Shown piece after piece: positions 17,364 through 26,195 of a stretch of 36,324 bases of DNA. The notes beneath the pieces were generated by a model that worked only from the letters and a program-made list of their open reading frames with translations, was not told where the DNA came from and searched no databases. The position numbers and the translations under genes are program-made. Numbering within the stretch: position 1 is the first letter of the stretch; the number at the start of each line of letters is the position of its first letter. The stretch is from the NCBI GenBank assembly GCA_013151235.1, contig JAADIO010000059.1:1-36324 (forward strand), read 5' to 3'. The stretch is from Deltaproteobacteria bacterium (lineage in GTDB: Bacteria > CG2-30-53-67).

Positions 17364-18923
17364 TCAGGAACCCTCCTCCACGGACACATTCTCCATGCTC
17401 TCCTCATAACGGCAGACCCGGTTTCGCCCGGATCGTTTTGCGATATAAAGGGCCTGGTCACTGTGGCCGATCAACTCCTCACGAGTCTCGGCATCCTCGG
17501 GATAGGCGGCGACACCGATACTGACGGTGATCCGTAAAACCGTTCCTCCCCCAGGGGGAGAAATCTTCATCCCTTCAATGGCCTTGCGAATCCGCTCCGC
17601 AGCAATCTCCGCCTTTTCTCCCTCCGTTTCGGGAAGGATCACCACGAACTCCTCACCGCCGTAACGGGCGGGAGCATCCATTTCCCGGGTACTTTTCCGA
17701 AGGATCCCGGCAAGTTCGCTTAAAACCTGATCCCCCACGGGATGGCCGTAGGTGTCATTGAAATGCTTGAAATGATCGATATCGAGCATCAGGAGACTGC
17801 AGCAGCGCCCGTAACGGCCGCATCGCCGGACCTCTTCCTCCATACGCCGCTGAAACTCCCGGTGATTGAAGAGTCCCGTCAGGCCATCGGTAATCGCCAG
17901 CCGCCGGGTATATTCCTGCAGACGGGCGTTCTCAATAGCCAACCCCGTCTGGAAGGTATAGGTTAAAATCAGGTCCTCGTCCTGGGGAGAAAAGGGACCG
18001 TGCTTTCCCCCGTTGAGCAGGATCAGCAGGCCATTGAACGCTTCCAGGTGCATGATCGGCACCGTCAGAAGGTGGTGGAATTCCTCCGCAGGAAAAGGAA
18101 GATCCGTGATCTTCTCTGCAAGGTCCTCTGATTGCAGGTTCAGCACATGCTGTGCAAGAAGCACACCCGACAGCGTTTCCCCCACGCCCCCCGAAAGATC
18201 GATGGATTCCACAGCCAGATCGCCCGCGCAATAGACCCGATCGATCTTCTGCAGGTCCTCTTCCACCAGAAGCAGCAGGGACGCATCACTCCGCAGGAGA
18301 AACTGGGCGTGATCGGTCAGCTTCTGAAAAAGAAAATCAAGGGAAGGCTCCGACGAAAGGGAGAGGGTCGCTTCGTTTAAGATATTCAATTGCCGGATCT
18401 GCCGTTCTTTTTCGAGGAAGGCCTCGGCATTGCTCAGGGCGGACCCGGCCTCCTCGGCGAAAAAACGCAGCAACCCGATCTCTTCTTTCGAAAAGGCCCC
18501 GGCTTGAAAACGGAAAAAATAGAGAATCCCTCTTTCCCCCTCTCCTGCGGCAAGAGAGAAACAGTAGATCGACTCGATCTCCTCTTTCCCGGAACCGGGC
18601 AGATCGGGAAAGGAAGCGCACCCATCGACACTCACCACGTCCCGTACCTTCTCCCGGGTCAGCGCCGGGATGCTTTGCGTAAAGGTCTCACTCAATCCCC
18701 GCGAGAAAACCTCGCAGGATTCGTTTCGGTCTTCCCGGAAAAGGGCCAGGGCCGTCCCTGCACCTCCGGAAAGAATGGAACCTTCCTTCAGAATCGATTC
18801 GATCACGATGGATCGTGCCAGCGAAGAATGAATCTTCTGAAAGGAATGCAGGAGTGCGGGTAAATGTTTCGGGTATGAGAACAGTTCAGAAGACATAGGG
18901 ATATCAATTTTCCCGTTGGGCAA
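17364..18923 (-). CDS. Diguanylate cyclase with two GAF domains
   Basis: Two GAF-like segments (FS..E..LL..FA; FS..DE.L...AIENARL), TDGLTGLFN, DIDHFK.FND.YGH..GD, I-site REMD, RYGGEEF. Exact start uncertain. Confidence 0.93.
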   Translation of the reverse strand: MPNGKIDIPMSSELFSYPKHLPALLHSFQKIHSSLARSIVIESILKEGSILSGGAGTALALFREDRNESCEVFSRGLSETFTQSIPALTREKVRDVVSVDGCASFPDLPGSGKEEIESIYCFSLAAGEGERGILYFFRFQAGAFSKEEIGLLRFFAEEAGSALSNAEAFLEKERQIRQLNILNEATLSLSSEPSLDFLFQKLTDHAQFLLRSDASLLLLVEEDLQKIDRVYCAGDLAVESIDLSGGVGETLSGVLLAQHVLNLQSEDLAEKITDLPFPAEEFHHLLTVPIMHLEAFNGLLILLNGGKHGPFSPQDEDLILTYTFQTGLAIENARLQEYTRRLAITDGLTGLFNHREFQRRMEEEVRRCGRYGRCCSLLMLDIDHFKHFNDTYGHPVGDQVLSELAGILRKSTREMDAPARYGGEEFVVILPETEGEKAEIAAERIRKAIEGMKISPPGGGTVLRITVSIGVAAYPEDAETREELIGHSDQALYIAKRSGRNRVCRYEESMENVSVEEGS

Positions 18924-18969
18924 ACACCAGTCACGGCCGTTCGCGAAGAATCACTGATTTCTATAATTC

Positions 18970-18999
18970 ATTATAATCGCAGGGGTTTTCTCCTGTCAA
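18970..18999 (-). promoter_or_regulatory. Consensus sigma70 promoter of the diguanylate cyclase
   Basis: TTGACA-N18-TATAAT on the minus strand. Confidence 0.65.
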
Positions 19000-19088
19000 C
19001 AGGGATAAATTTTCAAAAGGTGCGATGCATCTTTTTAAAATTTATCATCATTCTTACCGCTTGAAGGAACAGGGAGGGAAATTCATTT

Positions 19089-20339
19089 TCAGGACTTGCC
19101 GGAACACCGTACAAGGAGAACAACATTGGCGCCACCGAAAGCAAAGGAATTGGAAACAACCGTTGAAAACCTTCCGCGCAAGGGCCTTCCCCGGACAAAG
19201 TTCAGGCGGCAATCCGGATCAGGATCGTCCAGGTTCCGGATCGGAGGAACCTGCCCGATCCGTGCCGAGAGGAGGGAGACAATCAGTTCCACCGCGCCGG
19301 AAGCCCCGAGCATGTGCCCCGTCATCGACTTTACAGCACAAACCGGCAGACGCTCTATCCCGGGACCGAAGACCCGTCTCAGTGCCTTTGCCTCAACCCG
19401 GTCGTTTAAGGCCGTTCCCGTGCCGTGGGCATTCACGAGATCCACTTCATCGGGGCCGATCCCCGCCGCACGCAGAGCGGCCCGCATCGCCCGAACCATC
19501 CCCTCCCCCGTCGGATCGGGTGCGGTCATGTGATGCGGATCGGTTGCGGTTCCGCAGCCGACGAGTTCTCCGAGGATTGCCGCCCCGCGCGCCTCGGCAT
19601 GGCCCCACCGTTCCAGGACAAGAATCCCCGCCCCTTCGGCAATGACGAATCCCTCCCGATGCCGATCGAAGGGACGGCAGGCGTTTTCGGGATCTTCATT
19701 CCGGCGGGAGAGGGCCCGGGCCCGGGCGAAACCGCCGAGGATGATGCGGGTCACCGGCGCCTCGGCACCCCCGGTAAGGACAACATCGACCTCATCCGTT
19801 TTAATCATGCGGGCCGCCTCGACCACGGCATGGGCACCGGAGGAACAGGCCGTCGAAACGGCCAGGGCCGGTCCCGTAAGTTGATATCTCTGCGCAATGG
19901 CCGAGGGGGCCTGGTTGATCAGGGAGGAGACGGTAAGCCGGGGTGAAAGGGAGTGATAGCCTCTCTCTCCATAGTTTTGAAAATTGCTTTCGAGGGTTCC
20001 GATCCCGCCTCGGCTCGATCCGATCACCACACCCGTCCGTTCCCGTTCCCGGACGGAGACTTCCAGACCGGACTGCAACACCGCCTCTTCACAGGCGGCA
20101 AGGGCAAAAAGAGCGAAGGAATCCAACCCCCGCAACAGCTTTGAGGACATTCCGGGCAGGAGATTCAAAGGAGGAACCTCCCCGGCAATCCGGCAGGGCA
20201 ATCCCTCCGCGTCAAAGCGGGTCACGGGGCCGATTCCTGACCGCCCTGCGAGGAGCCCCTCCCAGGTTGCATCAAGATTGCTCCCCAAGGGGGTCACCGC
20301 CCCCATCCCGGTAATGGCGATTCGCTTGTTTATTTGCAT
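19089..20339 (-). CDS. fabF: Beta-ketoacyl-ACP synthase II family
   Basis: ITGMGAVTPLG, TACSSG catalytic Cys, NAHGTGT, KSMTGHMLGA, SNSFAFGG. Confidence 0.92.
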   Translation of the reverse strand: MQINKRIAITGMGAVTPLGSNLDATWEGLLAGRSGIGPVTRFDAEGLPCRIAGEVPPLNLLPGMSSKLLRGLDSFALFALAACEEAVLQSGLEVSVRERERTGVVIGSSRGGIGTLESNFQNYGERGYHSLSPRLTVSSLINQAPSAIAQRYQLTGPALAVSTACSSGAHAVVEAARMIKTDEVDVVLTGGAEAPVTRIILGGFARARALSRRNEDPENACRPFDRHREGFVIAEGAGILVLERWGHAEARGAAILGELVGCGTATDPHHMTAPDPTGEGMVRAMRAALRAAGIGPDEVDLVNAHGTGTALNDRVEAKALRRVFGPGIERLPVCAVKSMTGHMLGASGAVELIVSLLSARIGQVPPIRNLDDPDPDCRLNFVRGRPLRGRFSTVVSNSFAFGGANVVLLVRCSGKS

Positions 20340-20496
20340 GGGTTTTCTTTTTATTGAATATTGATTTTCAGCTTTTGCAAGTTAAACAAATACGGTAATG
20401 GATTCCACCGTTACAGTCAACAGGAGATCCGTCAGGGACAAAGAGTGCTGAAAATCACAGGCTTGCCATTTTTTCGATTTTCGGTAAATATAGGAC

Positions 20497-21495
20497 ATGA
20501 AAAAAATTCTGCTGGCCCACGGAGGCGGTGGAGAAGAAACACGGGGACTGATCAACGGCATCTTCCGGAAAGAGTTGTCCAATCCCATTCTGAACGGGAT
20601 GGAGGACGCAGCTCTTCTTTCTTTTGATTACGCGAAGATCGCCTTTACGACCGACTCCTTCATTGTCGATCCCCCCTTTTTTCCCGGCGGGAACATCGGC
20701 AACCTCGCTGTCGCAGGAACCGTGAACGATCTTTCCGTCATGGGCGCCAGGCCCCGATATCTCTCAGCGGGATTTATTCTGGGGGAAGGGTTCAGGCTTT
20801 CCGATTTAAAGAAGATCGTCACCGCCATGGCGGAAGAGGCCGAGGTGGCCGGCGTCAAGGTTGTGACCGGCGACACGAAGGTGATGCCGGGCGCTGATTT
20901 CTCCGGTATTGCCATCAACACCGCCGGTCTTGGAGAAGTCGTCCGGGAGGGGCTCTCGGCCTCCAATCTTTGCCCCGGAGATACCCTCATCCTTTCGGGA
21001 ACGGTGGGCGATCACGGTGCCTGCATCCTCGCCGCACGGGAGGGAATCGATTTTCAGCTCTCCATTGAAAGCGACTGTGCTTCCCTCTGGCCGATGCTGA
21101 AAGGGATCCTTTCATCGCATCCCGATCTGCACGCCCTGCGCGATCCGACACGGGGCGGCTTGGCCGGCGTGCTGACCGAATGGGCCGAGGCATCCTCGGC
21201 TACGATCGAGATCGACGAAGAGAAGATCCCCATCCAGGACGCCGTCCGGGGAACCTGCGAACTTCTCGGCATGGATCCCCTCCACTTCGCCTGTGAAGGG
21301 AGGGCCGTGATTGCCGCGGCAGGGAACGGGGATGCGATCCTTGCAAAGCTGAGGGACCACCCGCTGGGCCGTAAGGCAGTGATCATCGGCCGGGTCGTTT
21401 CAAAGGACCGGCCCCGGGTAATTCTGAAAACTTCCTGGAACACGCGGCGGATTCTGGATCCCCCTTCGGGCGAACTCCTCCCCCGCATCTGCTGA
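20497..21495 (+). CDS. hypE: Hydrogenase maturation carbamoyl dehydratase HypE
   Basis: LAHGGGG, TTDSF, GTVNDL, RDPTRGG, C-terminal PRIC. Confidence 0.96.
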   Translation: MKKILLAHGGGGEETRGLINGIFRKELSNPILNGMEDAALLSFDYAKIAFTTDSFIVDPPFFPGGNIGNLAVAGTVNDLSVMGARPRYLSAGFILGEGFRLSDLKKIVTAMAEEAEVAGVKVVTGDTKVMPGADFSGIAINTAGLGEVVREGLSASNLCPGDTLILSGTVGDHGACILAAREGIDFQLSIESDCASLWPMLKGILSSHPDLHALRDPTRGGLAGVLTEWAEASSATIEIDEEKIPIQDAVRGTCELLGMDPLHFACEGRAVIAAAGNGDAILAKLRDHPLGRKAVIIGRVVSKDRPRVILKTSWNTRRILDPPSGELLPRIC

Positions 21496-21507
21496 AAGGC
21501 CGAGAGC

Positions 21508-21867
21508 ATGCACGAATTATCCGTTGTACAGAGCCTGCTGGAGACCATCGAAAGTTATGCCGCAGAACAGAAAGCCACAACCGTGACGAAGGTCATCGTC
21601 CGGAACGGCCCCCTCTCGGGCGTCGTTCCCGATCTTCTCCGTACAACCTTCGACACCTTCAAGGAGAAGACCATCGCCGAAGATGCGGAACTGGTGATTG
21701 GAGAAAATCCCCTGCTCATCCAATGCCATGACTGCAAGCAGGAAGTACGGAGCATGATCCAGAAATTCGCCTGCCCCATTTGCGGTTCCCGGAACGTCGA
21801 TGCCCGGGGGGGAGACGACCTGATCCTCGAACGGCTGGAGATGGATGTTGCCGATGATCCGGATTGA
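21508..21867 (+). CDS. hypA: Nickel metallochaperone HypA
   Basis: N-terminal MHE, CHDC...CPIC Zn site. Confidence 0.95.
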   Translation: MHELSVVQSLLETIESYAAEQKATTVTKVIVRNGPLSGVVPDLLRTTFDTFKEKTIAEDAELVIGENPLLIQCHDCKQEVRSMIQKFACPICGSRNVDARGGDDLILERLEMDVADDPD

Positions 21868-24076
21868 ACTCCGCCTCCGGGGCGCCGTCCAGGGGGTCGG
21901 TTTCCGCCCTTTCATCTACCGGACCGCCCGGCGTCTCGGACTCTGCGGTTATGTGGTCAACGAACCTTCGGGGGTAACAATCGAGGCGGAGGGAACCCGG
22001 GAGAAGATCGACCGGTTTTTGAAGATCATCGAAAGCGATTCCCCACCCCTTGCGAAAATTCTCCACCGGACCACCGCCTTTATCCCCCCGGCAGGATACA
22101 ACGACTTTGAAATCCGTCGAAGCGAAGAGGGAGGCGACCGGAAGGCCGTCCTGATTCCCGATCTCTCCACCTGCAGGGTCTGTACGGAGGAACTCCTCGA
22201 TCCCGGGAACCGTCGATACCGCTATCCTTTTATCAACTGCACCGACTGCGGCCCCCGCTTCTCTATTATCGAAGGACTTCCCTACGACCGTTCCCGGACG
22301 ACGATGAAGAGATTCACCCTCTGCCCCGACTGCCGGAGAGAATATGAAGATCCCGGCAACCGCCGGTTTCATGCCGAACCGAACGCCTGCCCGGTCTGCG
22401 GCCCTCGGGTCCGGCTGATTGACCCTGCCGGGAAGGAGATCGCCGACGGAGGCAAGGCGATCGACCGGCTGCTCGCAGAGATCCGGCGGGGGAGGATCGC
22501 AGCGATTAAGGGAGTCGGCGGATTTCATCTCGTCTGTAACACCACATGCGAGGCATCGGTATTCCTCCTGCGAAAGCGGAAAGGACGGTCGAACAAACCC
22601 TTCGCCGTCATGTTCAAGGATCTCGACCAGGTCCGCCGCTATGCCGATCCGACGGAGGAAGAAGAGACCCTCCTCTCCTCCCCGGAGCGGCCCGTCGTCC
22701 TGATCCGCAAGAGAGAAGGTCAACTCACGGCCGTCTCACCGGGTCTTGCAACCGTCGGAGCCTTTCTTCCCTACTCCCCCCTCCATACCGTTCTCCTTTC
22801 CGCCCTTCCCTTCCCCATCGTCGCCACTTCGGGAAACTTCTCGGAAGAGCCGATCGTCAAGGGGAACGAAGAGGCAGAAAGACGTCTTTCCCCCCTGGCC
22901 GATTTTCTCCTTCTTCATAACCGGCCGATCCGCCGCCGCTGCGACGACTCCGTCACCAGAATCATCGGGAAGAAACCACGACTGTTGCGGCGGGCAAGGG
23001 GATTCACGGCAACACCGATGATCCTGCCCGCAAAGAGAAAAGAGAAGATTCTTGCCGTGGGCGGTCAGTTGAAGAACACCTTCGCCCTCGCCTTCGACGA
23101 CCAAGTGATCGTGAGCCCCCACATCGGAGACCTGGAGACACCCGAGGGGATGGACCACTTCGAGTCTGCACTTTCGGATCTCTGCAGGATCTACGACTTC
23201 ACGCCGGACCGGATCGTCCACGACCTTCATCCCGGCTACGCAACCACCCGCTGGGCAAGAGGGCGGGCCGACATCGAAACAACCCCGATCCAGCATCACT
23301 ACGCCCATATCCTCTCCTGCATGGCGGAACATGGTCTGACGGATACGGTCACGGGGATCGCATGGGACGGCACCGGTTATGGACCCGACGGGACGGTCTG
23401 GGGCGGAGAGGTCCTCCGCTGTACCCCCACGGAATATGAACGGCTCTTCCACTTCCGTCCCTTCCCCCTTTTGGGAGGGGACAAGGCCGTCTTCGAGCCC
23501 CGCCGCGTCGCGCTGGCCCTGCTGATGGAGATCTACGGGGAGCGGGCCTTCGCCATGGACCTTCCCCCCATCCGGGCCTTCCGGCAGGCGGAACTCCACT
23601 TCCTCGAAAAAGCGTGGGAGAAAAGGATCAACGCCCCCCTGACCTCCTCGGTGGGGCGGCTCTTCGACGGCGTAGCCTCTCTTCTCGGCATCGTTCAGAT
23701 CCTCAATTACGAAGCCGAAGGAGCGATGAAGATCGAGGATCGGGTCCTTCCCGGCATAGATGGCCATTACCGCTATAACTTTGAGGAAGGGATAATCGAC
23801 TGGCGGCCCCTGATCGAAGAGCTGATCCACGACCGGGAGCAGGAGAAGGTTCCCGCCCGTTTCGTGAATACCCTGGCCCGAATCATCATCGATTGCGCCC
23901 ACCGGGCCGGCCGGAAAAGAATTTGCCTCTCGGGCGGCGTATTTCAGAACCGGCCTCTCACCGAACGGGCGGAGAGACTGTTGCGGAAGGACGGCTTTTC
24001 GGTTTTCACACAGAGCCGTATCCCCTGCAACGACGGCGGGCTCTCCCTGGGCCAGGCCTACTGGAGAACGCCATAG
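21845..24076 (+). CDS. hypF: Carbamoyltransferase HypF
   Basis: GAVQGVGFRPF acylphosphatase domain, CxxC zinc fingers, RRFHA, KGVGGFHL, QHHYAH, DGTGYG, NDGGLSLGQ. Start may be 21854. Confidence 0.96.
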   Translation: MLPMIRIELRLRGAVQGVGFRPFIYRTARRLGLCGYVVNEPSGVTIEAEGTREKIDRFLKIIESDSPPLAKILHRTTAFIPPAGYNDFEIRRSEEGGDRKAVLIPDLSTCRVCTEELLDPGNRRYRYPFINCTDCGPRFSIIEGLPYDRSRTTMKRFTLCPDCRREYEDPGNRRFHAEPNACPVCGPRVRLIDPAGKEIADGGKAIDRLLAEIRRGRIAAIKGVGGFHLVCNTTCEASVFLLRKRKGRSNKPFAVMFKDLDQVRRYADPTEEEETLLSSPERPVVLIRKREGQLTAVSPGLATVGAFLPYSPLHTVLLSALPFPIVATSGNFSEEPIVKGNEEAERRLSPLADFLLLHNRPIRRRCDDSVTRIIGKKPRLLRRARGFTATPMILPAKRKEKILAVGGQLKNTFALAFDDQVIVSPHIGDLETPEGMDHFESALSDLCRIYDFTPDRIVHDLHPGYATTRWARGRADIETTPIQHHYAHILSCMAEHGLTDTVTGIAWDGTGYGPDGTVWGGEVLRCTPTEYERLFHFRPFPLLGGDKAVFEPRRVALALLMEIYGERAFAMDLPPIRAFRQAELHFLEKAWEKRINAPLTSSVGRLFDGVASLLGIVQILNYEAEGAMKIEDRVLPGIDGHYRYNFEEGIIDWRPLIEELIHDREQEKVPARFVNTLARIIIDCAHRAGRKRICLSGGVFQNRPLTERAERLLRKDGFSVFTQSRIPCNDGGLSLGQAYWRTP

Positions 24077-24203
24077 GGGCCAGGGCATCGGGAATTCAAG
24101 GGCGCAAGGAAAAAAATAAACCTTCCCAAATGGACTCATTATCGCTTATGATCCTGCCCGCAACGACATAAAGCGGAAACTTACAAAACAACGTACAGGG
24201 AGA

Positions 24204-24728
24204 ATGGTCATGACGGAGAAGAATCACCTCGGAGAAATTGTCGCCAAACGGATCGAACACCTGCGTGCACGCCCGAAGGTTGCCATTTATAAGCCGAAGA
24301 TCTCATCGAGACATGTCCGCAATCTCTACACCGAGTCGGAGGTACGCGGGCACATCGTCAAATCGGACTACCCGGAACCGGCCGGGGGGGAGAACCTCGC
24401 CCCGAATCCGATCGAACTCCTCCTGTCGGCCATGGCCTCCTGTATCGAGGCCGCTTTCTACGAATTCGCCGAATACGAAGGACTGACGATCCACTCCATC
24501 ACGGTGGACATCAAAGGGGAACTCGATCTGCGGGGACTCTTTATGGTGGATGAGACCGTCGATGCCGGATTCCGGGAGCTGGCCTACACCTTCCGGATCG
24601 AGACCCCCGACCCCGCCGAAAAGGTGAAAAACCTGGCGGAAAAAGTCGTCGACCATTGCCCCGTTGTCGATAGTCTGCGGAGGCCCATCAACATCCACGG
24701 TGAAATCGAGATCCGGAAGCCGGAATAA
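24204..24728 (+). CDS. OsmC/Ohr-family protein
   Basis: D.P...GG....PNP.ELLL.A.ASC and HCPV.DSL two-Cys signature. Confidence 0.9.
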   Translation: MVMTEKNHLGEIVAKRIEHLRARPKVAIYKPKISSRHVRNLYTESEVRGHIVKSDYPEPAGGENLAPNPIELLLSAMASCIEAAFYEFAEYEGLTIHSITVDIKGELDLRGLFMVDETVDAGFRELAYTFRIETPDPAEKVKNLAEKVVDHCPVVDSLRRPINIHGEIEIRKPE

Positions 24729-24920
24729 ACAACAAAATTCGCGTATTACAATATTTGATATTTGCAAGAATTTATTTGCAATCCGGATTTGACAATTCGT
24801 ACATTTGGTGCTAATTCTTTATTGCACCTGCATTTCCCATCAATCCAGGAGGTCCGGAAAAAGATTTTATGCCGTCATCATCGGGATGAAGAATTATCCG
24901 TTTGCCGAAGGGAGGCGTTC

Positions 24921-26021
24921 ATGGATGGGTCACACAGACATGAGGTTGGTTCCCCGGAAGAAACGATTTATGAGTCCTTGGTCCGAAAGGGGTATTCCCG
25001 AAGAGACTTTCTGAGGTTCTGCACCGCCGTCACCGCCGCCCTCGCCCTTCCCGCCCCTTTCGTCTCCAGGGTCGCCGAAGCACTTGAAACCAAGAAGAAA
25101 CCGATCCTCGTCTGGCTGGAATTTCAGGACTGCGCCGGAAACTCCGAGGCACTTCTCCGGGCGACGAAACCGACGGTCGGAGAACTCATCCTCGATATCC
25201 TCTCGATTGAATACCATGAAACAATCATGGCGGCGGCAGGACACCAGGCGGAAAAATCTCTGGCCGACGTCGTGGCGAACCATAAGGGGAACTACATCGC
25301 CGCCGTGGAAGGATCGATCCCGATGAAGGACGGCGGTGTCTACTGCTGTATCGGGGGCCGGTCGGCAAAGGATATCGTAACCGAGGTCTGCGGCAATGCC
25401 ATGGCAACCATTGCCATGGGGACCTGCGCCTGCTTCGGCGGTCTCCCCGCCGCGGCACCGAACCCGACCTCCGCCGTCGGCGTCTCCGCAGCCCTCCCCA
25501 ACATTCCTGTCGTAAATCTCTCGGGCTGCCCCGTCAACGTGGAAAACATCACCGCAACGATTGTTTATTTCCTGACCTTTGGTACGCTCCCCCCCCTCGA
25601 CAAGTTCGGCCGTCCCCTCTTCGCCTACGGAAAACGAATTCACGACAACTGCGAACGCCGGGCGCATTTCGACGCCGGACAGTATGTCCGGGAATGGGGC
25701 GACGAGGGACACCGGAAGGGGTGGTGTCTCTATGAAATGGGGTGCAAGGGGCCGGAGACCTTCCATAATTGTCCTCGCATCAAATACAATGACGGGACGA
25801 GTTGGCCCGTCGGATCGGGACACGGCTGTATCGGCTGTTCCGAACCGGCCTTCTGGGACGGGATGACGCCCTTCTACGAACGTCTCCCGCAACCACCCGG
25901 CTTCGGTGTAGAAGCGACGGCCGACAAGGTCGGGCTCGGCATCACCGCCGTAACGGGCGCAGCCGTGGCGGCCCATGGGATTGGGAGGATGATTACAGGC
26001 AAGAACACCCGGAAAGACTGA
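24921..26021 (+). CDS. Group 1 [NiFe]-hydrogenase small subunit (Tat-exported, C-terminal membrane anchor)
   Basis: RBS ggagg before ATG24921; SRRDFLRFC Tat motif, WLEFQDCAGNSE, GCP, HDNCERR, WCLYEMGCKGP, GHGCIGC, C-terminal hydrophobic helix. Confidence 0.95.
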   Translation: MDGSHRHEVGSPEETIYESLVRKGYSRRDFLRFCTAVTAALALPAPFVSRVAEALETKKKPILVWLEFQDCAGNSEALLRATKPTVGELILDILSIEYHETIMAAAGHQAEKSLADVVANHKGNYIAAVEGSIPMKDGGVYCCIGGRSAKDIVTEVCGNAMATIAMGTCACFGGLPAAAPNPTSAVGVSAALPNIPVVNLSGCPVNVENITATIVYFLTFGTLPPLDKFGRPLFAYGKRIHDNCERRAHFDAGQYVREWGDEGHRKGWCLYEMGCKGPETFHNCPRIKYNDGTSWPVGSGHGCIGCSEPAFWDGMTPFYERLPQPPGFGVEATADKVGLGITAVTGAAVAAHGIGRMITGKNTRKD

Positions 26022-26052
26022 CGGCTGCTCTGCGTAAAGGGGATGCTTTTCA

Positions 26053-26176
26053 ACGGTAAAGCAAAAAGTTCCGGCTGCAAGGCGCGAAGGTTTTGAAGAG
26101 CGAGGCGTACTTTGTGGTACGTTGAAGCGAACTCAAAACCTGATAAACGCAGCAGACGGACTTTTTACGAAGCCGC
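26053..26176. repeat. MITE-like intergenic element
   Basis: Imperfect terminal inverted repeats (acggtaaagcaaaaagttc / ggactttttacgaagccgc) and internal cgtac...gtacg palindrome; the right end matches 99-110. Confidence 0.6.
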
Positions 26177-26195
26177 AGAGAAAAGGAGAGATTCC

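Noticed and set aside
13775-20339. B12-rSAM plus fabF as a ladderane/polyketide-type cluster
   Set aside because: The genes are on opposite strands, separated by unrelated genes, with no ACP or other fab genes.
24762-24920. N-terminal extension of the hydrogenase small subunit ORF
   Set aside because: AT-rich promoter-like DNA; the RBS and Tat signal position support ATG24921.
26112-26195. N-terminal extension of the large subunit ORF
   Set aside because: Derives from the MITE-like repeat; the RBS supports ATG26196.
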